A program made the position numbers and the translations under genes. A DNA stretch of 64,000 bases from Eledone cirrhosa (Eukaryota): the NCBI GenBank assembly GCA_964016885.1, contig OZ024751.1, positions 6,014,001 through 6,078,000 of the forward strand. The letters are read 5' to 3'. Below the pieces are notes generated by a model that worked only from the letters and a program-made list of their open reading frames with translations, was not told the DNA's origin and searched no databases. Shown piece after piece: positions 1-13,900 of the stretch. Position 1 is the stretch's first letter; the number at the start of each line of letters is the position of its first letter.

Positions 1-754
1 TAAACTCTACAGGCATGGAGGTGCCGTCAGCCGGGCATGTCCGAGATGCGCGCAGGGCGACGAAACCGTCCTGCACGCACTCGTCCAGTGTCCGAAAATT
101 GCTGACTTGTGGGTTTATGTCGAACACCTGCTGTCGCGTTTAGGACGGATCCAGCTATCATCTGAGTCTATCGTGAGGATTGCCCCGCCCTCCTCCTTTA
201 GCCGGGAAGGGCAGGCAGTTTTTATCTGTCTGGTGACAATGGCGAAAGAGATAGTATGGTGGACACGTTTGAAAGGGCTGAAGACGAGCACTTACCTCTT
301 CGGTGATGCTCTGATTGACTTTTTCAAATTTCATTTGAAAAGGAAAATCAGAGTAGAGAGGGAAGTGCTCTCTTCCCAGCATTTTGTTGAAAGATGGGTG
401 AGAGAAGCAAGAATGGCCCGAGTGAATGGGCCGACTCTGAGTATATATCTGTAAACTAAAGGTGGAAAACTGGGAGAGGGCACTTGCCTTGGTGGTCAGG
501 GTCATTGTGGCTTTTTACTGGGCTTTCTCCACAAATGTCCCTCCGAAGTCTCCCCCCTATTGGGGAATTTTTCATTGTTATTTTCATTGTTATTTTTGTT
601 ACATCCTCTGTTTTTGTTTTTTTACACGCAGAAATGCCTATTTGTACCGTCCTGCATTGTCCTGCACTGTCCTTAATGTCTACTTTATGTAAACCCTTGT
701 GGTTAATAAAGAAATCATTATTATTATTATTATTTTATTATTATTATTATTATT
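1..754 (+). mobile_element. Tx1/L1-like non-LTR retrotransposon, 3' end (subfamily T1): ORF2 C-terminus, 3'UTR, (ATT)n tail
   Basis: Encodes CPRCAQGDETVLHALVQC (CCHC finger of L1/Tx1 ORF2); stop at 452-454; AATAAA at 705-710 then (ATT)n; near-copies at 10260-10958 and 34160-34480. Confidence 0.85.
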
Positions 755-819
755 TATCTAATCCGACGACTTTTGCTCGCTCCCAGTAAGTACACGGCTG
801 AGCCACGCCACCCAGCAAT

Positions 820-2782
820 ATGCTGTCGTCTGACAATGGCGTAAAAGTTGTGAGGAGGGATACAAACATTGTTACAACAGACACCACCACAAACAACGTG
901 AACAATGACAACACTGAGAACACTAATTTTGAAAATATTACCACACCGACTAAAACAATAACAGCGTCAACCAAAATACAGACAACAGAAAAAATGACAA
1001 CAAAGCAACAACGATATTAACACCACTAACAATAAAATAAACAACAACACCGACAGCAACAATACAAATTGCACCGAAAACAACAACGGTGGCACCAAAA
1101 ACACAACCAACTACAACAGTGATAACATCAACAACACTAACAACACCGTTTGTAGCAGTAGCAACAGCAACAGCACCAACAACAAGACCAGTAGCAGCAG
1201 TAACGGCAGCAATAATGGTGCCGCTGAAAAAGGGGCCACTTCTTTCGCAGGTGTGGCCCGAAATATAGGAACAGTGCTAGTCACTGAGGAGGATATGGCA
1301 GTCGCAAGAGCCATGGTGTCTAGAAATGACAACAGAGTTTCCCTGAAACCTCCACCCGATTTCTTCAAAGACCAGGAACTGAGCACTGTGACTTACCGCA
1401 CCATAAGCAAAATGTTGCATCGGGTGGGAGAGCCATGGAGGCTCAAATCCAAAAGGCTTTGGAGTGCGTGCTGGCGCCCAAGACCCACATCACCCGAGGC
1501 AAGAAGTACGGCACAGTAGACGTACTTTTCGCCACCCCCAAGAGGCGAAGTCTCACTCTTTGGAAACCCTAAAGAGTGAGGAGATAGTCTTGGTGCTCTC
1601 CTATTGTGGGCAGAAAATTGTGAGGGTCAAAGTGACCCAGGTCCCGCCCGACGAGCCCATACCCTGGCTGGCGGCGTCTGTACTGGCTGGAATCGAGGAG
1701 AAGACCACCATGTTACAAATACAGGGAATGGGAAGAGAGTACTGATCAGGAATAGGCATGCAAATGCTAATATAGACTGACCAGGAGTGCATCGAGGCCA
1801 TCCCAGACCTCATCGACCTCGAAGAAGGGCTCCATCTCCCTATAAGCGTGGAAGGAAGGCGCCCAAAGTGCTATCTCTGTGGGCAGAACGGTCACCTCAA
1901 GGCCTTCTGCCCGCAGAAGACATGCAATAAGAGCCCCCCCCCCCTCCTTCCGATGCCTGATCCGCTGTTACCAAGAGCAGTGCAGGCAACAGAAACAGAA
2001 GAGCCTTCCATGGTGAATATGATGGCAACGTCCGTGGCAACCAAACCAAGGCCACGGACAACTAAAGCAGCGGCAGCAGTGGCGGCAACACCAACAGTCG
2101 CAGTGGCTGCGCCGGCGGTAACATCGCCGGAGGGGGCTCCACTACCACCACTAACAGCAGTGGAGCTCATGCCCCTCCCAGACACCGCGGGTTCCGACAT
2201 GGAGTGTGAGGCGGGAGGGAAGTGGCAAACGGTCTGCCACAAAGAAACAAAAAACAAAAAAAGCCTTTAGCTTCACCCTCCAAAAGCGAAAGCAGACAAA
2301 GAGGGGTAAAGGCTGCAAGGCGATTTGCAGCAACACCACCACAAGCATCGCCACCAACAACAACCACACCCCCACCAGCCTGACCAAAAACACCAACATC
2401 GTAAACACAACAAAACACACACACCCAACAGCAACAAGAACAAAACGGCAACAAAATCGCCCCCCCCCCCCACCCCGAAAAAAAGTACACAGCCATAAAC
2501 ATGGCAAATAAAGAACTCCTACAACACATAAAGCAGCACACAGACATCACAAAACAAAACTACTACACCCCACCAACACCTAGAACTCTCCCGACAAATA
2601 TAAGCATCATTGAAATATCAATAGAACATTACAAACTTTTAAAGCAAAAATTCCCCAACGCAGTTGGGGACTTCAGAGGGTCGGTTACCAAGAGGATATA
2701 CACCGACATCATCTTGGAAACACCCATGACCAACCAAAGGGACGGTTCTACTGTACCTTCACCACACGATCAAGGTAAGTGA
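820..2782 (+). pseudogene. Tx1-like ORF1 (gag-like, CX2CX4HX4C knuckle, Asn/Thr- and Pro-rich low-complexity flanks), frameshifted
   Basis: Fragments 1253-1519, 1464-1745, 1848-2270 and 2501-2782 are collinear with the paralogous ORF1 at 7369-8196. Confidence 0.75.
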
Positions 2783-2814
2783 TCCTTTCTCACTTACCCC
2801 GTTTCTCATCCAAC

Positions 2815-5800
2815 ATGGCCGTACTTAGAATAGGCAGTATACATGTACGTGGCCTGGGGTCAACCTGGAAGCAGGGTCACCTGCTCAACGACCTCAGGTC
2901 ACTAAACAGAGATGTGGTGGCCATCAGCGAGACCAGAATCTCCGAAGCACGAGTCTTCGCACCGATCTTCGGCGGCTACGATGTATGCGCATCTCCAAGA
3001 CGTCTAGGACCGGGTAGGGGCAGTGGTTGCAGTGCTTTTTCGGAGAGGCTTGGATCTCGCCATACAGGCCATCTTCCTGGACCCAGAAGGTAACTCAGTG
3101 GTGCTGGACGTGACCGGCAGCGAAGGCAATGCTTTCAGGCTAGTAGCCGTCTACGCCCCAACAGGGGCAGGCCGGCCTGATTTCTTCAGACGTCTAGATA
3201 CCTTTCTTGGAGCGTCCCGCTCTTTAGTGTTAGTGGATGACTGAAACAGTATCTTAGATACACGCTGGGATTATGTGGGGCTAGTAGACAGGACAGGAGG
3301 GTGTAAAAGCCTCAACAACCTGCTCAGACATTTTGAACTGTCTGACCGGTATAGACTGAATTATCCGAATGTGCCAATGTGGACATGGGCAAACCGCATC
3401 GGGTCATTTAGATCGTATTTAAATAGGGTATTCTGTAGGGAAACAGATAAGCCTAGTGTAGGTTGTCCACAATTTAAAGTAGTCGACTACACGGACCACA
3501 AATTTGTGATCCGTGAAGTTGACATAGATAGACTCCATAGGCAAGGGCCCGGCTACAGGAAGCTGAACGCGTTGTTCCCGTCGTGCAAAGCTTACAGAGA
3601 CCGGATTAGGGAATTATTTAAGCCTGCGTTGACGGGTGCGATCGTCAGCAACAGGTGGTGGTTTACCCTGAAAAGGGCTATTAGAGTAGAATCTTTAAGG
3701 TTTAGCAAAGGAGTAAGTGATAGAGGAAAATAGAGGAGAGGGAGAGCTAGTTAGAAAGCTAGATGAGGCGTTTAAGACATGCATCGCTACCGACGTGCAT
3801 GCGGCGAGATTGGCACTCGACCAATTCTTCAACGCAAAGCATGAAGGCTCCGTTCTCAGAGCTAGAGCGCGTGCTCTATGACACGAGGGGACGAAATCCG
3901 TTCAATGGACCCGGTTGGTGGAGGCGCCACGTGGAAACAAGTCCACAATTCGGTCTTTGCCTGATCAAAACGGGCGCATTTTGCTCGAACCCGAGCAGAT
4001 GTCTGCGGATTTTCAACAGCACTTGCTCAACTGTTCGAGATCGGCGGAGGGGCCGGATCGGAGTATGGATACCTCGACGGACTGCCGCGGCTCTCGATGA
4101 CCGCAGCGCAGTGCTGCGAATAGCCGATAACAGCAGGTGAAATACGGGAGTGACGTCTGAATGCACGAGGAGTAAATCGTCAGGTTTGGATGGTCTGCTT
4201 TATGAGCTTTATGCGTATATGCCAGACTTGTTCGGCGACCTCTTGGCAGATGTCTACTGCTACTGGCAGCAGAACGGGAGCCTTCCCAGTTGTGAGCCGG
4301 GGAGCGGTGGCGCTGCTGAGAAAAGACCCGAACAAAGGGGACGTTATAGACAACTTCAGGCCGATAACTCTGCTAAACGCAGAGTTTAAGATTTTGGCCA
4401 AAGTGTTAGCAAAGAGATTGGCGCTTGTCGTCGGTGATCTGGTGGGAGAGGCGTAGAAATGCGCCATTCCGGACAGAGCCATCCACGACAAGCTCCATCT
4501 CATGCGATACATCATAGAGAAGGTGGTTAAGGATCCTGGCACGGGTGGGGCCTTGATCAACTTGGATCAATCTAAAGCATTTGATAGGGTCGACATCGGT
4601 ACCTGGGTGCGGTCTTTGAGGGGGTCGGCTTCGGGCCCATTTTTAAGGGATGGATCGCTGCGATGCACAGCGAGATCTGCTAGATTGTGAGGGTGAATGG
4701 TCACCTGTCGCAGCCTTTCAGCATCATGCGCTCGGTCCGCCAGGGTTGCCTCCTCTCGTCCCTCTTGTACGTACTGGCCCACGAGCCGTTACATCACAAA
4801 TTGGAGACGATGAGGGGGATCCCACGCAACTGGGGTGCGGGATATCCGTGTCATCTTACGCCGACGATATCACCGTGGTGGTGTCCAGCACCAAACACGT
4901 CCAGATTCTCGGCACCGCTCTCAAGGAATACGAAGCGGTGACAGGAGCAAAGATAAACCAGGAAATGTCGGTGGGATTGCAACTCGGCACCTGGAGAGGC
5001 ATGTCCATGCCGTCCGACAGCGTCGTGGGGCGCTGGACGGAAAAGACCGGTTAAATTGCTCGGAGTCTGGTTCGGTCCGAACCTCCAGATGGAGAAAACC
5101 TGGAGCAAGGTGACGAGCTGGGTCGCCTCTCTCACCCAGAAATGGGCCGAGAGGAGGCTGTCTCTGAAAGGTCGGGCGGAGGTTGCGACGCGTACATAGC
5201 GTCCGTCATCTGCTACTGCCTGACCGTCGTACCTTACCCCGCCCAACTCTAACCGAAACGGAGCGCCTTCTCTTCCGCTTTTTGTGGAAGGGACGTGCTC
5301 CCATGGGCAGACGATCAATTTGCTGTCAACACCCTTTGTGTGAAGGACTAGGCATGCCGTGGCTGATGATGCGCAAACATGCGATGAAGCTGCGACATCT
5401 CTGGTGCTTCCTTGACGGTGAACAGGTGTGGTCGCCGTTTGTCAGACGCGCTTTTCCCACAGCTCGTCTCCTTGACGGAGCTGCCGTCCTGGATCAGGAA
5501 AAGACCGAGGGATAGCGCTTGGAAGCTGGAATGTCTCCAAGTGCTCACCGCCCTCTACCAGCTGGGCACTAGTATCGGTGGAACACCCACCTCGGCGTTC
5601 TATAGAGGGCTAGTGGAGGGAAAGAGCGACGACGTTCTCGGGGAGACCCTAGTCGTCGAAGACGATCAGCTGTTCGCTCTCTTCAAGAGAACTTTCAGAC
5701 CGGGGCCTATGGACAACTTCCAGAAATCCCTGGCCTGGTAGTGCTACCAGGGAGTGTTGCCGGTTCGGGATTAGCTCTACAGGCACGGAGGTGCTGTCAG

Positions 5801-6227
5801 CCGAGCCTGTTCGAGATGCGCGCAGGGCGACGAAACCGTTCTGCACGCACTCGTTCAGTGCCCGAGCATTGCTGACTTGTGGATCTATGTCGAACAGCTG
5901 CTGTCGCGTGTAGGACGGATCCGTTTATCGACTGAGTCCATTGTTCAGATAGCCCCGCCATCCTCCTTTAAAGAGGAGGAAGGGCAGGCAGTTTTCATCT
6001 GCCTGGTGGCCATGGCGAAAGAGATTGTGTGGTGGACAAGGTTGAAAGGGTTGAAGGCGGACACTTTCCTCTCCGGTCAATCACAGATTAACTTTCTCAA
6101 GTTTCACTTGAAGAGGAAAATCAGGGTGGAGAGACAAGTGCTGTCTTCTAGTAAGTTTGTTGAAAGGTGGGTGAAAGTGGCGAGTCTAGTCCGAGTGAAC
6201 GGGCCCGCTCTGAATATACGCATGTAG
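2815..6227 (+). pseudogene. Tx1-like ORF2 (APE endonuclease, reverse transcriptase, CCHC), multiple stops and frameshifts
   Basis: MAVLRIGSIHVRGLG, AISET, VYAP, YTDH (APE); NFRPITLLN, DQSKAFDRV, VRQGC, YADD (RT); C-terminal zinc finger. Confidence 0.9.
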
Positions 6228-6505
6228 ACTGAGGAGTGGGAAAAGTGAGAGAGGGCGCTTGCCCTGATGGTCATAGTAGCCGTGGTCTTTTGTGTGGTTT
6301 TCCCCACGAGTGACCCTCGGAGGTTTCTCCCTTCTTGGGGAATTTTTGTTGTTTACATTTTTTGGGATTTCTAGCCCGATTTATTTGTAACCTGTTTACA
6401 CGACCAAAATCCACTTTGTATCATCCTGTACTGTTCTGTGCCGTCTCTAATGTTTTTCTTCGTGTCAGCCCTTGTGGCCAATAAAGAAATAATAATTATT
6501 ATTAT

Positions 6506-8404
6506 TCGTGACCTACGTAGGAAATCGTATTATCGTGAGCTCAGCAAATGTTTGTTGTTTTCAGTTGTTTCAAATTGGCAGTTATCGAAAATGTTTGTTA
6601 AGTCTCTATAATTTCACTTATATTGCTTTCTGAAAAGGACACTCAAAAAGATTTTGGCCTTGAGCCCAAAATTTAAACAGTTAGAATTATCAAACAAAAA
6701 CATTCTTTGAAAAAAAACATGGACGGCTCTCAGCCACATAAAGCTGACAGCCTTCCTAACAGACCAACACCTCCCACCACCACCATTGTAGACATTACTA
6801 CGCTTGCTAACACTAAAAATATAAGCAGCGGCAATAATTTAAATTTGTCACATGCAGACATTCATTTCCCGCCATTACCAATAACTGCAGGTGTTAAAGC
6901 TGGCACCCCCACCATCACCACACTTGACAACAGAAAAAAAATATTATCTCGTGAAATCGAAATGGATTCACCCAGAATCGATTCTTCCACGCCGAACACC
7001 CACTGACGCCACCACCACCACCATCACATCTGAAATTAAAAATAACAACAACAAAATAACAACAACAACAACAGCAACAACAACTACAATGACAGTAACA
7101 ACAACAACATCAACACCAGTGCAAAACAAAATCTGTCATTTGCAAAAGCAGCCAAGAAAAGCGAAACAACCGAGGTAAGCCAGGATGAATTAAATGAAGC
7201 CAAGAGAATGGTAAAAAAAGATGGGTACAGAGTCAGCCCCCCCCCCCCCCCCCCATAATAAAATGGAGCATCGGCGCCTATGCTTTTGTCATATCGGACG
7301 ATAAATACGAAATCACGCCGAGTGGAACGGGCACCTGAGTCCCAGATACAAAAAGCTTTGGGACATGTGTGGACGAAAAAAACCCACGTCAGAAATATGG
7401 AACAATGGACGTGTTCTTTGGCACTCCACAGGAAGCCAGAGAGCACTTCATGGCCCCATTAAGAAGTGACGAGTTCACACTCGTCCCAAGCTATTGTGGT
7501 CACAGACTCGTGAAGATCAGGGTGACGCACATTCCACCGGGCATCGAAATTCCCTGGCTAAGGGCTGCCGTCCTCGCCGGCATCGAGGCCAACACGAAAA
7601 TAATTGAGGTAACAAAAGAAAAGCAGGAGAACTGGTCCGGATCTGGAATGGAGCTCCTGATCCAAGCGGACCAAAAAAGCATTGAGGAAATTACAGAGGT
7701 GATAGACCTCAATGACGGCAGCCACTTCACCGTAATCATTGAGGGTAGAAGGCCTAGGTGTGTCGTTTGTGGCGAAGGAACTCACCTAAAGGCTTTCTGC
7801 CTTCAGGCTAAAAAGTTGAGGCCACCTCCCCTACCCACCGCAGTGACTCAACCATCAAAACCACCAGCAGCAGAAATGACAGTAACAACTGTAGCAGCAA
7901 CAACAGAAGCAACTGTAGCAGCAACAACCCCAACAACATTAGCAAAACCAACACCACAACCACCCATCGCGCCTGAATTAGTACTAGCGGCTCCACCATC
8001 CACCACGCCACAACCAAAACCAACGCCTGTGGAGGATTTTCCACTCCCCGACCTATCGCAACTGGAAACAGATTGTGACAATGAGGAGGATGAGAAAAGG
8101 TATCAGGAAAAAAGAAAAAGAAAAAAGAACCCCCAAAAGGAAAAAAATACTCTTCCTTCGCCCTCCAAAAAACAAAATGCAGGGGGAAACAAATAAGCAA
8201 ACAAACAAAAAAGTTAAGACAGATATGCCACCACCCACACCAGCAACACCAGCCCCATCACCACAAACACCAACACCATCACCATCATTAACCCCACAAC
8301 GACCATCGCCAACTTCACAAAAATCACAAAAAAGCCAAACAGAAACTAATCCACAACATACGCAAACAAAACAAAACAACCAAAACGATACACACTACAG
8401 AGCA
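6506..8404 (+). mobile_element. 5' part of a second Tx1-like element (5'UTR + ORF1), cut off by a SINE/inversion complex
   Basis: ORF 7369-8196 contains EGRRPRCVVCGEGTHLKAFC and aligns with ORF1 at 1253-2270; starts right after the previous (ATT) tail. Confidence 0.8.
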
Positions 8405-9030
8405 TGAGTTCAAATCCCGCCGAGGTTAACTTTGCCTTTCATCCTTATGGGGTCGATAAAATAAAGTACCAGTAATGTACTGGATAATTGCTGGCCTTGT
8501 GCCAAAAGTGGAGACAATTACATTTGAACAACAATGGCGGTGGATTGGCAGTATCGGTAGAGGGTCGGACGCCATGCTTTGATGCATAGAGTTACGGCCC
8601 TTGCTATTCTGAGTTCAAATCCCGCCGAGGTTAACTTTGCCTTTCATCCTTACGGGGTCGATAAAATAAAGTACCAGTAATGTACTGGGTAATTTCTGGC
8701 CTTGTGCCAATAGTAGAAACAATTACATTTGAACAACAATTTTTGTTTTAGTGTCGTGTATGTATTCTGTGTGATGCGAATGATTTGTATGTGTTGAGGT
8801 TGTATGCATTTTTGGGTGTTGTGTAGTCTTTTTCTGTGATGCTGGTTCTGTGTTGGGTATAGTGTAATAATTGGTTGTTGTTCAAATTTAATTGTTTCTA
8901 CTTTTGGCACAAGGACAGCAATTACCCAGTGCATTACTGATAAAATAAAGTACCAGTAATGTACTGGATTATTGCTGGCCTTGTGCCAAAATTAGAAACA
9001 ATTAAATTTGAACAACCAATTATTACACTG
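8405..9030 (+). mobile_element. SINE cluster: 5'-truncated copy 8405-8520, full copy 8536-8725, inverted partial about 8888-8938, partial 8939-9004; includes an inverted ORF1-tail fragment at 8741-8880
   Basis: A box TGGCAGTATCGG, B box GAGTTCAAATCC, shared core GCCTTTCATCCTTACGGGGTCGATAAAATAAAGTACCAG. Confidence 0.8.
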
Positions 9031-10958
9031 CTAGGGAACCGGGCACGGGTGGGTCCTTGAACAATTTAGATCAGTTGAAAGCTTTCGATAGGGTCGACCA
9101 TCGTTACCTAGCAGCAGTCCTGAGGGTGGCTGGCTTTGGGCCCGTCTTGAGAGGCTGGATCGCTGCCATGCACAGCGACATCTGCTCTGTGGTGAGAGTG
9201 AACGGTCATCTTTCGAAACCGTTCAACATCATGCGCTCGGTCCGCCAAGGATGTCCCCTCTCGTCCCTCTTGTACGTATTGACTCTCGAGCCATGACTGC
9301 ACAAACTGGAGACGTTGAGGGGCGTCCTGCGCGAACTAGTATGCGGAAGATCCGTGTCAGCATATGCGGACGATGTCACCGTAGTGGTGGCGAACGCCAA
9401 ACACATCGAGGCGATCGGCACTACACTAAGAGAATACAAAGCGGTGACAGGAGCAATGATCAACCAAGAAAAGTCAGTGGGCCTGCAGCTCGGCACCTGG
9501 AGAAGCAGGTCCATGCCGTCCAACAGCGTCGCCGGGCGCTGACCGGTTAAATTGCTAGGGGTCTGGTTCGGTCCGGATCTCCAGACGGACAAAAACTGGG
9601 ACGAGGTGACGAGCAGGGTGGCTTCTCTAACCCAGAAATGGGCGGATAGGAAGTTATCCCTGAAAGGTCGAGCAGAGGTGGCTAACACGTACATCGCGTC
9701 CGTCATCTACTACCGCCTGACCGTCGTACCTTGTCCTAAGCCCCGCCTGACAGCGCTGGAGCGTTTACACTTTCGCTTTTTGTGGAAGGGACGCGCTCCG
9801 ATGGTCAGGCGGTCCATCTGCTGTCAAAACCCGCTACGTGGAGGGCTGGGCATGCCGTGACTGATGATGCGCAGACACGCGCTCAGGCTACGACATGTCT
9901 CACCTCTTCCTCGACGGTGATCAGGTGTGGTCGCCGTTTGCTAGACGCGTTTTTCCCCAGCTCGTCTCCTTGACGGAGCTGCAGTCCTTGGTCAAGCGAG
10001 AGGTAGCGCTTGGAACTGGAATATCTTCAGGCGCTCACAGCCCTCGACCAATCTGGCAATGTGATCGGTACAAACTCCACCTTGGCGTTATATAGAGGAT
10101 TAGTGGAGGGAAAGAGCGACGACGTACTAGGGGAAAGAAAAAGGCGTCGACGAAAATCAACTAGCGAATCTCTTCGGAAGAACTTTCGGGCCAGGGCCTA
10201 TGGACAACTTCCAGAAATCCCTGGCCTGGCAGTGCTACCAAGGAGCTTTGTCAGTTCGGGATAAACTCTACAGGAATGGAGGTGCCGTCAGCCGGGCATG
10301 TCTGAGATGCGCGCAGGGCGACGAAACTGTCCTGCACGCACTCGTCCAGTGTCCGAACATTGCTGACTTGTGGGTTTATGTCTAACAACTGCTGTCGCGT
10401 GTAGGACGGATCCAGCAATCAGCTGAGTCCATCGTGAGGATCGCCCCGCTCATTTCCTTTAGCCGGGAAAGGCAGACAGTTTTTATCTGTCTGGTGGCCA
10501 TGGCGAAAGAGATAGTATGGTGGACACGTTTGAAAGGGCTGAAGACGAGCATTTACCTCTTCGGTGATGCCCTGATTAACTTTTTCAAATTTCATTTGAA
10601 AAGGAAAATCAGGGTAGAGAGGGGACTGCTTTCTTCCCAGCATTTTGTTGAAAGATGGGTGAGAGAGGCAAGAAAGGCCCGAGTGAATGGGCCTACTCTG
10701 AATATGTGTCTGCAAATTAAAGGGGGAAAACTGGGAGAGGGCACTTGCCCTGGTGGTCAGGGTCATGTGGCTTTTTAATGGGCTTTCTCCACGAATGTCC
10801 CTCGTAAGTCCCCCCCCTTGTTGGGGAATTTTTCATTGTTTTTTTTTGTTACATCCTCTCTTTTTGTTTTTTACACGCAGAAATGCCCATTTGTACCGCC
10901 CTGTATTGTCCTGTACTGTCATTAATGTTTACTTCATTTAAACCCTTGTGGTTAATAA
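9031..10958 (+). mobile_element. 5'-truncated Tx1-like LINE (T1), from RT to 3'UTR, degenerate
   Basis: DQLKAFDRV, VRQGCPLS, AYADD, CLRC..H..C; 3'UTR matches 455-710. Confidence 0.88.
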
Positions 10959-10959
10959 G

Positions 10960-13900
10960 CAAGAGCCTCACCAACCTGCTCAGACGTTTTGAACTGTCTG
11001 ACAGGTATCGACTGGATCACCCGAATGTGCCAATGTGGACATGGACAAACCGCATCGGATCATCCAGATCGTATCTCGATAGGGTATTGTGCAGAGAACT
11101 AGATGAGGCTAGTATAAGTTGTCCACAATTTAAAATAGTCGACTACACAGACCACAAATTTGTGATCTGTGAGATCGACATAGACAGATTCCATAGACAA
11201 GGGCCTAGTTACTGGAAGCTGAATGCGTCTTTCCCGGCGCGCAAAGACTACAGAGACCGGATTAGCGTATTAGTTAAGCGGGCGTTGACGGGAGCGGTCG
11301 TCAACAATAGGTGGTGGTTCGCCCTGAAAAGGGCAATTAAAGTAGAGTCGATTAGGTTTAGCAAAGGAGTAGTGATAGAGGAATATAGAGTAGAGGGAGA
11401 GCTAGTCAGAAAGCTAGAAGAGGCGTTTAGGACAGGCATCGCAACCGACGTGCTTGCTGCGAGATTGGCACTCGACCAATTCTTCAACGCAAAACACGAA
11501 GGATGCGTTGTCAGAGCTAGAGCGCGTGCTCTGAAATACGAGGGGACAAAAGCCGTCCAATGGGCCCGGGTGGCAGAGGCGCGACGTGGCAACAAAGCCA
11601 CAATTCGGTCTTTGTCTGAGCAAAACGGGTCCTGATGCTCGAACCCGAGCGGATGTGTGAAAATTTTCAGCAGCACTTTGCTGAACTATTCGGGTGCAGC
11701 CGCGGCCCGGATCGGGGCATGGACTTCAGTGCATACCTCGACGGACTGCCTCGGCTCTCGACGACCGCAGCACAGTGTTGCGGTAAGCCAATAACAGCCG
11801 GTGAAATACGGCAAGCGATGGCTAACTGCACAAGGGCTAAATCGCCAGGTTTGGATGATCTGCCCTACGAGCTTTATGCAGCAGAACGGGAGCATTCCCA
11901 GTTTTGTGAGCCGGGGAGCAGTGGCGCTGCTAAGAAAAGACCCGAACAGGGGGGGGGGGGGGTGTTATTGATAATTTCAGGCCCATAACCCTCCTAAACG
12001 CAGAGTTCAAGATTTTGGCCAAGGTGTTAGCACCGAGGTTGGCGCTTGTCGTCAAGTGTCTGGTGGGAGAGGCGCAGACATGCGCCATTCCGAACAGATC
12101 CATACACGACAAACTCCACCTCATGCGATATATCATAGAGAGCGTGGTTAAGGAATCTGGCAAGGGTGGGGCCCTGATCAACTTGGATCAATCCAAAGCA
12201 TTCGATAGGGTCGACCATCGGTACCGGGCGGCGGTCCTCGAGGCAGCCGGTTGCGGGCCCGTTTTCAGGGGTTGGATCGCAGCAATGTACAGCGACATCT
12301 GCTCAGTTGTGAGGGAGAACGGTCACCTGTCGCAGCCGTTCAGTATCATGCGCTTAGTCCGCCAGGGTTGTCCCCTCTTGTCCCTCATGTACGTATTGGC
12401 TCTCGAGCCGTTACTGCATAAACTGGGGGCGATGATGGGCGTCCCACGCGAACTAGGATGCGGGAAATCCGAGTCGGCTTTCGCCGACGACGTCACCGTG
12501 GTGGTGTCGAGCACCAGACACCTCCAGATGCTCGGCACCTCTCTCAAGAAATACGAAGCGGCGACAGGATCCAAAGATAAACCAGGAAAAGTCGATGGGC
12601 TTGCAGCTCGGCACCTGGAGAGGCAAGTCCATGCCGTCCGACAGCGTCGTGGGGCCGACGGGCCGGTTAAATTGCTCGGTGTCTGGTTCGGACCGGACCT
12701 CCAGATGGAGAAAAACTGGAACGAGGTGACGAGCAGGGTGGCCTCCCTCACCCAGAAATTGGCCGAGAGGAAGCTGTCCCTAAAAGGCCGGGCGGAGGTG
12801 GCGAATGCGTACATCGCATCCGTCATCTGCTACCGCCTCACCGTCGTCCCTTGCTCCAGCCCAACTCTCACCAAAATGGAGCGCCTCCTCTTCCGCTTTT
12901 TGTGGAAGGGACGCGCTCCCATGGTCAGACGATCCATCTGCTGTCAACACCCGTTGCGTGGAGGACTGGGCATTCCATGGCTCATGATGCGCAAACATGC
13001 GCTGAGGCGGCGACATCTCTGGTGCTTCCTTGACGGTGAACAGGTGTGGTCGCCGTTCGCCAGGCACGTTTTCCCACAGCTCGTCTCCTTGACGGAGCTG
13101 CAGTCGTTGGTCAGAAAAAGACCGAGGGATAGCGCTTGAAAACTGGAATGTCTCCAGGCGCTCACTGCTCTCTGCTAGCTGGGCACCAGTATCGGTGGAA
13201 CATCCACCTCGGCGTTCTATAGAGGACTAGTGGAGGGGAAGTGTGACGACATTCTCGGAGAGATCCTGGGCGTCGAAGAAGATCAGCTGTTTTCTCTCTT
13301 CCGGAGAACTTTCATCCCAGGGCCTATGGATAACTTCCAAAAATCTCTGGCCTGGCAGTGCTACCGGGGAGCGCTGCCAGTTCGAGATAAGCTCTATAGG
13401 CACGGAAGTGCCGTCAGCCGAGCCTGTCCGAGATGCGCGCATAGCGGCGAAACCGTCGTGCACGCACTCGTTCAGTGCCCGAGCATTGCTGACTTGGGAG
13501 CTATGTTGAACAGTTGCTGTCCCATGTAGGACTGATCCGGTTATCGACTGAGTCCATTGTGAAGATGGTCTCGCCGTCTTCCTTCGAGGAGGAAGGGCAG
13601 GCGGTTTTCATCTGCCTGGTGGCCATGGCGAAAGAGATTGCGTGGTGGACAAGGTTAAAAGGGTTAAAGACAGACACTTTCCTCTTCAGCGAATCCCTAA
13701 TTAACTTTTTCAAGTTTCACTTGAAGAGGAACATCAGGGTGGAGAGGCAAGTGCTGCCTTCTAGCAAGTTTGTTGAAAGGTGGGTGAATGTAGCGAGAAT
13801 GGTCCGAGTGAACGGGACCACTCTGAATATACGTCTGTAGTTTGAGAAATGGAAAAATTGAGAGAGGGCGCTTGCTCTGCTGGTCAGGGTGGCCGTGGTC

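Larger units (their letters stand above)
756..6505 (+). mobile_element. Near full-length degenerate Tx1/L1-like LINE (ORF1 + APE-RT-CCHC ORF2; T2-type 3'UTR)
   Basis: ORF1 zinc knuckle CYLCGQNGHLKAFC; ORF2 fragments in order APE, RT, CCHC; ends CCCTTGTGGCCAATAAAGAAAT then (AAT/ATT)n; (ATT)n also at the 5' flank. Confidence 0.88.
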
